Shown here one piece after another: positions 51,827 through 60,048 of a DNA stretch of 64,000 bases (positions within the stretch are counted from its first letter, which is position 1; each line of letters opens with the position of its first letter). Location: positions 2,569,561 to 2,633,560 of the forward strand of contig CAWIUL010000011.1 of the NCBI GenBank assembly GCA_963839305.1. The letters run 5' to 3'. Both the position numbers and the translations under genes were made by a program. This stretch comes from an uncultured delta proteobacterium (lineage in GTDB: Bacteria; Myxococcota_A; Polyangia; Polyangiales; Polyangiaceae). The notes under the pieces were generated by a model. That model was not told where the DNA came from, ran no database searches, and saw only the letters and a program-made list of their open reading frames with translations.

Positions 51827-52711
51827 TCAGAACCGAGAGCCGAACGCGAGCCCGGCGTAGCCCGGCCCGATCACGGGCGCGAACGCGGCGGCCTTGGGCT
51901 TCGTGTGCTCGACGAAGTGCCAAACGAGGCCGCCGATCACCGCCGCGAGGCCCACGCCGCCGACGACGAGGCCGACGTTCGAGAGCGTCGTCCCGCGTGA
52001 GTTCAGCGTCTTTCGATCCTGCCCGTCGGACGTGTTCGGCGAAGGACAAGACAAGCTGCCGTCGGGGTTCGACGCACACCCCTGACGCGAGTGCGCGACC
52101 TCACCCTGACCTACGCCGACGAGGACGCCACCGGCGATCAACGCGGCGCCGCCCACGCCGACGACGATCCACGGCGCTGCGGTGTGGCCTCCTCCGCTTG
52201 GCTGCTCGGTGGCTGTCGCCGTTGCGGTTGCAGTCGCCGTCGGCGTGATCGTCGCGGTCGTCGTCGCGGTCGCCGTCACGGTCGGCGCGGTCGCCGTCGC
52301 CGTGCCCTGAGCGAGCTGAGCCTTCAGGTTCTGGATGCGCGTCTGGATCGCCTCGGCGTCCTCGGCCTTCGGGTTTCGCTGCAGGTAAACCTCGAGCGCG
52401 TGGATCGCCTCGGGCTTGTCGCCTTTTCCCTCGTAGGCGCGCGAGATGAAGTTGAGGAGGGCCACCTTGCTGCAATCGCGACGAAACGCGTCGCGGAAGT
52501 TGTCGAGGGCCTTCGGGTAGTCGCCTTTGTCGTACGCCTCGACGCCGACTTTGTACGAGGCGTGCGCGGCTTCGAGCTCGGTCTGCGACAGCTTCGGCGG
52601 CGGATCCGGGCAGGCCGGATACTGCGTGACACCGCCGGTTTGCGCCAGCGCGGGCACCGCGAGCGCGATGCCGATCAAGCAAGCGAGGAGCGATTTCGTA
52701 CGAACGCGCAT
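51827..52711 (-). CDS. Secreted TPR-repeat protein with Thr/Ala-rich linker and C-terminal TM/Gly-zipper segment
   Basis: Signal peptide MRVRTKSLLACLIGIALAVPALAQ. TPR units (YDKGDYPKALDNFRDAF). Linker TATATAPTVTATATTTATITPTATATATATAT. C-terminal GVGGAALIAGGVLVGVG. Confidence 0.65.
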   Translation of the reverse strand: MRVRTKSLLACLIGIALAVPALAQTGGVTQYPACPDPPPKLSQTELEAAHASYKVGVEAYDKGDYPKALDNFRDAFRRDCSKVALLNFISRAYEGKGDKPEAIHALEVYLQRNPKAEDAEAIQTRIQNLKAQLAQGTATATAPTVTATATTTATITPTATATATATATEQPSGGGHTAAPWIVVGVGGAALIAGGVLVGVGQGEVAHSRQGCASNPDGSLSCPSPNTSDGQDRKTLNSRGTTLSNVGLVVGGVGLAAVIGGLVWHFVEHTKPKAAAFAPVIGPGYAGLAFGSRF

Positions 52712-52747
52712 GCGCGCGTGAGCATAGTTCGAAATCATGCCGGCAGC

Positions 52748-53314
52748 CTACTTGCCTGCTTTTGCCGAGAAGACCCGCGCCGCGTCGAGCAGCCAAGCGA
52801 GCGAGGCCGCGTCGGGCCGGAGAGCGGTCGGCGCGAGGACGTAGCCGCCCTGCCGAATCTCGAAATGCACCGGCGCGCGCCAACCGAGCACCAATTTTCG
52901 GACGCTCGAGTTGATCGACACGAGGTCCGACTCGGTCGGCGCGAACGTCGCGAACGCCGCGTCGAACGTGGCGTCGCCGATCATTCGACGCGGCAACGAG
53001 GCGTTCTCGTCGCGGTAGATCGGGTTCACGTCGTTGGTTGCCGCGACGCGCGCGCCGAGCAGGTGCTCGTCTTGTCCGATCGCGATCCAGCCTTCGTCGC
53101 CGACTGCGTAGCCCTCGCGAGGCGTCAGCACGAAGCGCGCGATCGTGAGCGCCGTGGTCTCACCGGTGCTCGAGACCGCGTGCTCGTAGCGAATCGGCGT
53201 GCGAAGCGTGACGTACGGCTCCCACACGCGCAGCCAGCGCTCGTCGGGCTCGGCCTCGTACCGCAGACCCGCGCGCATGGCGAAGTCCACGAGCCACGGA
53301 ACCGGGTCCGGCAT
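52748..53314 (-). CDS. Hypothetical protein (188 aa)
   Basis: MPDPVPWLVDFAMRAGLRYEAEPDERWLRVWEPYVTLRTP..., balanced composition. Confidence 0.45.
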   Translation of the reverse strand: MPDPVPWLVDFAMRAGLRYEAEPDERWLRVWEPYVTLRTPIRYEHAVSSTGETTALTIARFVLTPREGYAVGDEGWIAIGQDEHLLGARVAATNDVNPIYRDENASLPRRMIGDATFDAAFATFAPTESDLVSINSSVRKLVLGWRAPVHFEIRQGGYVLAPTALRPDAASLAWLLDAARVFSAKAGK

Positions 53315-53368
53315 TTTAACGCCGAAACCTCGAACCTTCGCTTCGCTCCGGCGTGCGAGGTTTCATGG

Positions 53369-53905
53369 TCAATTCGGGGTCACGGCGTCGTGCGGCATCT
53401 TCTCGCCGCTGGCCTGCCGGTTCTTCATCTCGTACTTGCTCGGGCACTTCGCGAGCACGCTCGTCGCCTCGAAGCTGTTGTCGGCGTGGAGCTCGCCCTC
53501 GACCGTCACGCCGACGTCCATCCCGGGGACGTCACGGAACGTGTCGGGGACGACGCATTGCGCGTACTTCACCGGGAGCGCGGTGCCGTTCTTCTCGATC
53601 GTGAAGTCGTACTCGCACGGCTTGTCGTGGTGGACGAGCGACCCGTGAACGAGGTTTCCCTCGACGCGAACGGGCCTTCCGACGAATTTGCCCTTTTCTT
53701 GGATGAGCGCGTCGACCGGCTTCGAGTAAATCGCCTTGTCCTTCATCGTGAAGAGGACGATCGACACGATGGCCACCGCGGCCATGACCAGCCCAACGGC
53801 GAGGAGGACGCCGCTTCCTGCGGCGATTGCCTGCGAGTCGTCGCGGTTTCTGCGGCGACGGGGGATCGCTACACCTGAGTCTTCCGGCGGTTGCTCCTCG
53901 GCCAT
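53369..53905 (-). CDS. ccmE: Cytochrome c maturation heme chaperone CcmE, CxxxY variant
   Basis: TM anchor plus OB-fold: VRVEGNLVHGSLV, YDFTIEKNGTALPVKY, DVPGMDVGVTVEGEL. Heme-binding motif LAKCPSKYE, where Cys replaces the usual His of HxxxY. Confidence 0.75.
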   Translation of the reverse strand: MAEEQPPEDSGVAIPRRRRNRDDSQAIAAGSGVLLAVGLVMAAVAIVSIVLFTMKDKAIYSKPVDALIQEKGKFVGRPVRVEGNLVHGSLVHHDKPCEYDFTIEKNGTALPVKYAQCVVPDTFRDVPGMDVGVTVEGELHADNSFEATSVLAKCPSKYEMKNRQASGEKMPHDAVTPN

Positions 53906-53980
53906 TTACCGAACTTTAGTGCTTGCGCGCGCGTCGTCAATTCGCGCAACGCTCGAAACGGAGCTATCTTCGTTGGAGCG

Positions 53981-54559
53981 ATGGGCGACGTCCTCGCGAG
54001 ACCCGTACTCCTTCTGAACCGGCACTTCGAGCCGGTCCAGGTGACGACCGCAAAGCGCGCGTTTGTCCTCCTCTATGGAGGTGCAGGGCATGCGCTCGAC
54101 GAAGGCGGAGAAGCGTACGATTTCGAGCTCTGGCGCACGCTCCCCGTTCGGCAAGATCGGGACGACGCTTTGCCGATCGTCGGCGGCGAGCTCCGCGTGC
54201 CCCGCGTGCTCCACCTCCACCGTTACGATCGCACGCCGCGCGCGACGGTGCGCCTCACGCGCCGAAACCTGATGCTGCGCGACGCGCACCAGTGCCAGTA
54301 CTGCGGCAAGCGCCCGCCCGTTCGCGATTTGAACATCGACCACGTGCTCCCGCGCTCGCGCGGTGGCGCCGACACGTGGGAGAACCTCGTGACCGCGTGC
54401 CGCGTCTGTAACCTCCGCAAAGGTTGGCGCACGCCGGAAGAAGCGAACATGCGCCTCAATCGAAAGCCGTTTCGTCCGAAGTGGACGATGACCGTGCAGA
54501 TCCTGATGGCGCAGCCCTCGCGGTTCGACGAGTGGGAGCCGTTCCTCAAAGCCTCGTGA
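53981..54559 (+). CDS. HNH endonuclease-family protein
   Basis: CQYCGKRPP...DLNIDHVLPRSRGGADTWENLVTACRVCNLRK (HNH with zinc-binding Cys pairs). Confidence 0.75.
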   Translation: MGDVLARPVLLLNRHFEPVQVTTAKRAFVLLYGGAGHALDEGGEAYDFELWRTLPVRQDRDDALPIVGGELRVPRVLHLHRYDRTPRATVRLTRRNLMLRDAHQCQYCGKRPPVRDLNIDHVLPRSRGGADTWENLVTACRVCNLRKGWRTPEEANMRLNRKPFRPKWTMTVQILMAQPSRFDEWEPFLKAS

Positions 54560-54581
54560 CCACGCCGAAGGCGTGGCACGG

Positions 54582-55043
54582 CTACGGCGAGGTGACGCCG
54601 GCGTCGTCGGTGCAGGTTCCCCAGGGATCCCAGCCGCCGTCGTCACACACGAAGAGGTCCTGACACCCGCAGCATCCGCTCGAGCAAACGAGCGCCGTGC
54701 CGAGCGGGCAGTCCGGCGCTTGGAGCGCGGCGCAGCCGGGGCCGCCGAACGCGCCGGGCGGCGCGTCGATGTCGTAGCCCGCGTCGCGCGGCGGCGGCGA
54801 GTCGATGCTTGTATCTTGCACGCTTCCGTCGTGTGCGGGGCACGTGTGCGCGAGCGTCCAGCCGCCGTCGACGTTGCACGTGTACCCCGCGGCGCACGTG
54901 GGGTCGGTGCACTCGACGCCGCCTTGCACGGGACACCCGCCCTCTGGGATGTCGTGGCAGACGGGCGTGGCCATCTGATCGCTGCACGCCCACGCGAGCG
55001 CGCAACCCATCGCGACGAGCGCGGCGGCGACGAGTCGCTTCAT
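54582..55043 (-). CDS. Small Cys-rich lipoprotein (153 aa, 23 Cys)
   Basis: Lipobox AMGCALAWAC, then CPVQGGVECTDPTCAAGYTC...CSSGCCGCQDLFVCDDGGW. The start ATG overlaps the upstream kinase stop (ATGA), indicating translational coupling. Confidence 0.65.
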   Translation of the reverse strand: MKRLVAAALVAMGCALAWACSDQMATPVCHDIPEGGCPVQGGVECTDPTCAAGYTCNVDGGWTLAHTCPAHDGSVQDTSIDSPPPRDAGYDIDAPPGAFGGPGCAALQAPDCPLGTALVCSSGCCGCQDLFVCDDGGWDPWGTCTDDAGVTSP

Positions 55044-56500
55044 TTGAGCTTGGTGAACCCGTTGTGGACCGTGCCGATCGGGCGCGTGTGGCGCGTGCGA
55101 TTCGCGGGCGTGTTGGGCGCGGTCGCGGCGCCAGTGCTCCCCGTGAGGTCGAGCTCGATCTCGCTCGCGTCGGGCGCTTCGTCGAGCGAGGACTGGACCT
55201 TCGGCGGCAGCGTCGCGAGCTCCGCGGCGCTCTGCGTGAGGGTCGCCGTGGGCGACGAGCGCGGCGCGGCAGACGTGTGCGATCGCGAAGCGAGGACGCC
55301 GATGCCGATGCTCCCGATCACGACGCCCGCGACGGTTCCGCCGAAGAGCGGAACGAGCCATCGGCGCTCGCGGCGCAGCGGAATGTCCTTGAGCCCTCCG
55401 AACGCGTAACGCTGCGTGGGCGCCGCCGGCGCGATCGACGCGAGGAGATGCGGCGACGGGACGAGCGGCTCGGTGACGTTCGCAGCTCGCTCGCTCAGAC
55501 CCGACGCGCTGAGCACGCGCGCCGCCTTCTCGGCACCGAGCACGCCCCGGAGCTGCTGGTGGCGGAGCCGCATGCGGCCGCTGAAGACCACCTCGACGAC
55601 CTCTGCGACCTCGCGCGGCGTCGCGATGTTTCCGCGTCCTGCGCCGCGCTCGAGCGCGAACGCGAGCTCCGCGGCCGTCTTGTAGCGAACGTTCAAATCG
55701 CGCGAGAGGCATTTCGAGAGCGCGTCGTCGAGCGCGGGCGGCACGTGCGCGCCGAGCTGACGGAGGCGCGGGATGGGCGCGTGCATCACCTCCTCGAGCG
55801 TGTCGATCGCCTCTTCGCTGCGGAAGAGCCTTCGACCCGCGAGGAGCTCCCACAAGACGACGCCCATCGAGAAGAGATCGCTCTGGCGCGTGCACGTGCG
55901 GCGCTTGTCGACGCGCTCGGGCGCGAGATAGGCGAGCTTGCCCTTCACCTCGTGCGTGCGCGTCACCTGGAGGCGGTCTTCGGCCTTCGCGATTCCGAAG
56001 TCGGTGAGGCGCGCGAGGCCGTCGGCGCCGACGAGCACGTTGTGCGGAGAGATGTCGCGGTGGATGATCCCGAGCGCCTTGCCCGTCTCCTTGTCGCGGA
56101 GCTCGTGCGCGGCGTGGAGACCGGCGAGCGCGTCGAGCACGATGCGCACCGCCACCTTCGTACCGAGCGCGCGATCGGCGGCCGCGAGCTCCTTGCGGAG
56201 ATCCGACAGCGCGCACCCCTCGATGTAGTCGAGCACGATGAACGGCTCGCCGTTCTCGAACCCGAGCTCGCGCACGCGCACGACGTTCGGGTGATCGATC
56301 GACGACGCGACGCGCGCCTCGTCGAGCAACATCGTCATGAACATCTTGTCTTGCGCGAGGTGTTTGTGCGGACGCTTGAGCGCGACGAGCAGATCGCGAT
56401 CGACCGCGCGCGCGAGATACACCGTGGCCATCCCGCCGGAGGCGAGGTCGATGAGCAGCTCGTAGTTGCCGGCTCGTCCGAGATCGCTTGCCAACACCAT
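55040..56500 (-). CDS. Ser/Thr protein kinase with TM segment and Ser/Thr/Ala-rich extracytoplasmic tail
   Basis: Start MVLASDLGRAGNYELLIDLASGGMATVY. VALK, HRDISPHN, DFG and APE motifs. TM helix GGTVAGVVIGSIGIGVLA. The upstream 96 aa of the ORF are Arg/Ser junk. Confidence 0.85.
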   Translation of the reverse strand: MVLASDLGRAGNYELLIDLASGGMATVYLARAVDRDLLVALKRPHKHLAQDKMFMTMLLDEARVASSIDHPNVVRVRELGFENGEPFIVLDYIEGCALSDLRKELAAADRALGTKVAVRIVLDALAGLHAAHELRDKETGKALGIIHRDISPHNVLVGADGLARLTDFGIAKAEDRLQVTRTHEVKGKLAYLAPERVDKRRTCTRQSDLFSMGVVLWELLAGRRLFRSEEAIDTLEEVMHAPIPRLRQLGAHVPPALDDALSKCLSRDLNVRYKTAAELAFALERGAGRGNIATPREVAEVVEVVFSGRMRLRHQQLRGVLGAEKAARVLSASGLSERAANVTEPLVPSPHLLASIAPAAPTQRYAFGGLKDIPLRRERRWLVPLFGGTVAGVVIGSIGIGVLASRSHTSAAPRSSPTATLTQSAAELATLPPKVQSSLDEAPDASEIELDLTGSTGAATAPNTPANRTRHTRPIGTVHNGFTKLK

Positions 56501-56550
56501 GATCGAAGCACGGAGTGCGAAGTCCGTCGAGCAATGGTACCGTGCGCGCC

Positions 56551-57111
56551 ATGCGATTCGTTGCAACCTGCACGTTTTTGCTCGCACTGAACTGCGGCGG
56601 CGGTGACAACAAACCGGCGGATCACCCGCAAGGCGGCGGCGAGGCGACCGACGCGGGGCAAACTGCCGACGTCGGTCCGACGACGACGACGACGGTCTTG
56701 ATGGGCGACGCCGGCGAGCTTCAAGGCTCGAAGCTGACGACGACCGCGGGCCCGACGACCCTCGACGGCGGCAAGAACGCAGCGCCACGACCGAACGCGA
56801 CCGATCGCGATCCGGGTCGCACGCAGCAAGACATCTACGCGATCATCCAGACGCACCGCGGCGAGGCGCGCGCTTGCTACGACGCGTACGAGAAGACGCA
56901 CAAAGGCGCGAAGGGCAACGTCGACATCACGTGGAAGCTCGACCCGCAAGGCAAGGTGGTCGAGACCGGGGTCGACGAGGGCAAGAGCGACCTCAAGGAT
57001 CCCGACCTCGTCAAGTGCATCGGCGAGGTCATCCGCAAGATCCCGTGGGCGCCGAGCCCGCGCGGGTTCGAGACGAAGGCGCACTACCCCTTCAATTTCA
57101 ACCCGCACTGA
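56551..57111 (+). CDS. Lipoprotein with conserved C-terminal domain (Myxococcales AgmX/PglI-like C-terminal region?)
   Basis: Lipobox LLALNCGG, a Thr-rich spacer, and a C-terminal domain DIYAIIQTHRGEARACYDAYEK...GNVDITWKLDPQGKV...KCIGEVIRKIPWAPSPRG. Confidence 0.55.
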   Translation: MRFVATCTFLLALNCGGGDNKPADHPQGGGEATDAGQTADVGPTTTTTVLMGDAGELQGSKLTTTAGPTTLDGGKNAAPRPNATDRDPGRTQQDIYAIIQTHRGEARACYDAYEKTHKGAKGNVDITWKLDPQGKVVETGVDEGKSDLKDPDLVKCIGEVIRKIPWAPSPRGFETKAHYPFNFNPH

Positions 57112-57898
57112 CCTCGCTGATCCAGCCCAGGGCGGACCAGCGGGTGAACCACTCGCCGATCTTCGATTCGATCTCTTCGCCTCGGCCGGTCGCCTCCGCG
57201 AGCGCGTCGCCGGCGGCCCCGAGGGACTCGCCGCGCGCGAGGCGGTCGAGCATGTCGTACGCGAGCGGATCCATCTCCTCGCTGTAGAGGAGGAACTTGT
57301 GTCGATAGACCGCGACGCATGACGCCGCGCGCGGGAGGCGCTCGATTGGCCTGCGCTCTTTGTCCGCCCACCATGCGTCTCGCATCTTGTGTGTCGGAAA
57401 CGCGAGGCGCATGAGCTGGAGCGACGGGTGGAACGCGAGGCGCGCGCTCGGCCACGCGTCTTCTGGGATCGCCGCGATCGCAGTCGGATCGAGCGGCGGC
57501 GCGTCGGGCGCGTCGAACGCGTCGATGAAGGCCCATTCGAGGCGAGCGAGATCGGCGAGGAGCTCATCGTCCCGCGTCGCGAGGAACGCGGCGAGGTCTT
57601 CGCCGAGGTGACGGAGCTGGAACTTCTTCGGCGGGTGCGCCGCGAGGTAGTCCCGAACGATCGCTTCGAGCTTCTCGTCGCCCACGAGCGCGAGCAGAAG
57701 CGGGAAGTCCTCGCGCATGCAGTTCACGTGACGAATCCAGAATTGCTCTCGGTAGATGTCGAGCTGACCGATCGGCGACACGCGCTCGTTGCCGCTGAAC
57801 GCGGTCTCGCCGCGCGCGCGCCACTGCGGTTCGTCCGCGATCGACGAGGGGATGACGAGCGCCTCGGCAAAGGCCTTCTGGAGATCGTGGAGCTTCAC
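57098..57898 (-). CDS. DUF2063-family protein (MbnC/BufC/TglI-like partner of MNIO enzymes)
   Basis: The GTG start overlaps the DUF692 stop (GTGA). N-terminal hallmark (V)KLHDLQKAFAEALV matches the DUF2063 L-x-x-LQ-x-x-F signature. 266 aa. Confidence 0.75.
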   Translation of the reverse strand: MKLHDLQKAFAEALVIPSSIADEPQWRARGETAFSGNERVSPIGQLDIYREQFWIRHVNCMREDFPLLLALVGDEKLEAIVRDYLAAHPPKKFQLRHLGEDLAAFLATRDDELLADLARLEWAFIDAFDAPDAPPLDPTAIAAIPEDAWPSARLAFHPSLQLMRLAFPTHKMRDAWWADKERRPIERLPRAASCVAVYRHKFLLYSEEMDPLAYDMLDRLARGESLGAAGDALAEATGRGEEIESKIGEWFTRWSALGWISEVSAG

Positions 57899-58740
57899 TT
57901 CAGGGCTCCTTCGCGGTGTTTTCTCGCGAGCGCGGCTTCCTTCGCGAGGACCTCGAAATCGGGGATGTTCTCGTCCCACTCGATGAGCGTCGAGACCGGA
58001 CCGATTCGGCGGATCGCGCGCTCGTAGAGCGACCACACCTCGGACTTCACGTGATCGGAGTGCGTGTCGAGGAGGTAAGCGCCTTTGTCCGTGTGACCGG
58101 CGAGGTGAATCTGCACGACGCGCTCGGCGGGGATCGCGTCGATGAATTTCTCTGCGTCGAAGCCGTGATTGAAGGCGCTCACGTAGACGTTGTTCACGTC
58201 GAGCAGGATCCCGCAGTCGGCGCGCTCGGCGAGCTCCGCGATGAACTCCCACTCGGGCATCTCGCTCGATTTGTAATCGAGGTAGCTCGACACGTTCTCG
58301 AGCGCGAAGGGCTTTTCAATCGTGCTCTGCACGTGTCGGATGCGCGGCACGACGTGCTCGAGCGCCTCCTTGGTGTAGGGCAGCGGCAAGAGATCGTGGA
58401 GGTCGAGGCCGCTCGCCTTGCAGAAGCAGACGTGGTCGGTGAAGTACGGCGGGTCGAGCGTCCGCACGAGCTTCTTCAGTCGCGTGAGGTAGTCGGCGTC
58501 GAGCTTTTCGACCGCCCCAATCGACAGGCACACGCCGTGAGGGATGACCGTGTGGCGCTCGCGAAGCCGCGCGAGGTTGTCCATCGGTCGACCGCCGCCG
58601 ACCATGTAGTTCTCGCTGACGACCTCGTACCACTCGATGTCGGGCGAGCCGCCGCCCTCGAGCACGTCACGCGCGTGCTTCGGACGAAACCCAACGCCGA
58701 CGCCGAGGTCGGAAATGGCGTGGCGCTCGCGAAAATTCAT
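57895..58740 (-). CDS. DUF692/MNIO (multinuclear non-heme iron oxidase; MbnB/BufB/TglH-like, xylose-isomerase-like TIM barrel)
   Basis: MNFRERHAISDLGVGVGFRPKHARDVLEGGGSPDIEWYEVVSENYM...HGVCLSIG and later HLAGH, typical of the UPF0276/DUF692 family. Confidence 0.85.
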   Translation of the reverse strand: MNFRERHAISDLGVGVGFRPKHARDVLEGGGSPDIEWYEVVSENYMVGGGRPMDNLARLRERHTVIPHGVCLSIGAVEKLDADYLTRLKKLVRTLDPPYFTDHVCFCKASGLDLHDLLPLPYTKEALEHVVPRIRHVQSTIEKPFALENVSSYLDYKSSEMPEWEFIAELAERADCGILLDVNNVYVSAFNHGFDAEKFIDAIPAERVVQIHLAGHTDKGAYLLDTHSDHVKSEVWSLYERAIRRIGPVSTLIEWDENIPDFEVLAKEAALARKHREGALK

Positions 58741-58764
58741 CGGGCCCCAAATATACGAAAGCGC

Positions 58765-58784
58765 CGAGGCCGCGCACGGCCTCG
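58765..58784 (-). terminator. Intercistronic stem-loop (attenuator/partial terminator candidate) between precursor and MNIO genes
   Basis: cgaggccg-cgca-cggcctcg: perfect 8-bp GC-rich stem with a 4-nt loop. On the transcribed strand it is followed by CUUUCGUAUAUUU. Confidence 0.4.
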
Positions 58785-58812
58785 ACGCTTTCTTTCGATG
58801 CGCAGCGAAGGA

Positions 58813-59049
58813 TCAGTTCTTCGACGGCGTCGTCGTCGAACCACCGGCAGCGCCGCCGTTGCAGGACGTCTTCGTCCCGCCGGCCGCACCGCTGCACGAG
58901 GTCTTCGCGCTCGACTCGGGAGCGGCGGAACCCGCGCCCGTCGGCGTGGTCGAGCCACCGGTCGAGCTGCTTTCACCACCGCAACCGGCAAGCAGTCCAA
59001 CCAGGATGCCCGAAGCTGCCGTCACTGCCAGAGTCTTACCCATCTTCAT
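58813..59049 (-). CDS. Candidate RiPP precursor: 78-aa secreted/lipoprotein-signal peptide with Gly/Ser/Thr-rich, two-Cys core
   Basis: SD GAGGAG 8 nt upstream. MKMGKTLAVTAASGILVGLLAGCGG|ESSSTGGSTTPTGAGSAAPESSAKTSCSGAAGGTKTSCNGGAAGGSTTTPSKN*. Immediately upstream of the MNIO and DUF2063 genes on the same strand. Confidence 0.65.
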   Translation of the reverse strand: MKMGKTLAVTAASGILVGLLAGCGGESSSTGGSTTPTGAGSAAPESSAKTSCSGAAGGTKTSCNGGAAGGSTTTPSKN

Positions 59050-59202
59050 GTCGTTCTCCTCGTGTGTCTCCCTTGGCGATCCAAGGATTCGATCCCGCGG
59101 GCACTCGGCCCACGAGAAGTACGCGCAGGAGCGTACCTGGGTATCGCTCAAGTTGAACAAAAAAAAACAGGCGATGCCCGTGAGCGTGTATCCGTAAATC
59201 CG

Positions 59203-60048
59203 ATGGTGTCGACTGGTTCTCAGGTGGTCCCGAGCCTCGTCGCGCTCGGCTTCAGCCTGAACGAGTCGCGCGCGTACGCGGCGCTTCTCGCGGAGTCGCC
59301 GGCGACCGGATACGAGGTCGGCGTACGCGCGCAGATCCCGAGGTCCGCGGTTTATGGCGTGCTTCGTCGTCTCGTGAAGGCCGGCGCGGTGCGCGCGATC
59401 GCGGGAGCGCCGGAGCGATTCGTCCCCGCGCCGCCGGACGATTTGCTCTCGATGTTGCGTAAGCGCTTCGACGCGCAAGCGGAGACGCTCGCGGACGCAG
59501 TGCGCAAGCTCGACACTGCGCCGCCCGTTCCCGACGCGTTCAGCGTGCGCGGTTACGATCGCATCGTCGAAGAGGCGGAGCGGATCGCGCGCGCTGCGAA
59601 GGAGCGACTCGCCGTGAGCGGGTGGGCGCGCGAGATCGCGGCGCTCGCGCCCGAGCTCAAACGCGCGGAGAAGCGCGGCGCCTACGTGCTCGTGTTCTCG
59701 CACTGCGCGCTCGGTCCGCTTTCGGGAGACGTCTTCTCGTACGAGCTGCCCGAAGAGGAGCTCGAGTCGTTCTGGAAGCACCGGCTGATCGTCGTCGCCG
59801 ACGATCGCACGACGCTCATCGGCGCGACCGAGCAGCGCGAGACGGACACCGCCGTCGTCAGCGACACACCCGCGATCGCGGAGATCGCCACGAGCCAGAT
59901 CGCGCTCGACGTGACCCTCCTCGCGCAGCGCCGCGGCGTCGCGGTCGACAAGGTGATGGCGAAGCTCCTCGGCGATCGCGTCGGCGAGCTCGATCGCCTG
60001 CTCGCGGACGAGCCGAGACCCAAGCGCAAGACGCGGAGAAACGGCTGA
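59203..60048 (+). CDS. TrmB-family HTH transcriptional regulator
   Basis: N-terminal wHTH LGFSLNESRAYAALLAESPATGYEVGVRAQIPRSAVYGVLRRLVKAGAV and a TrmB-like C-terminal domain. Divergent from the precursor gene with a 153-bp spacer. Confidence 0.7.
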   Translation: MVSTGSQVVPSLVALGFSLNESRAYAALLAESPATGYEVGVRAQIPRSAVYGVLRRLVKAGAVRAIAGAPERFVPAPPDDLLSMLRKRFDAQAETLADAVRKLDTAPPVPDAFSVRGYDRIVEEAERIARAAKERLAVSGWAREIAALAPELKRAEKRGAYVLVFSHCALGPLSGDVFSYELPEEELESFWKHRLIVVADDRTTLIGATEQRETDTAVVSDTPAIAEIATSQIALDVTLLAQRRGVAVDKVMAKLLGDRVGELDRLLADEPRPKRKTRRNG

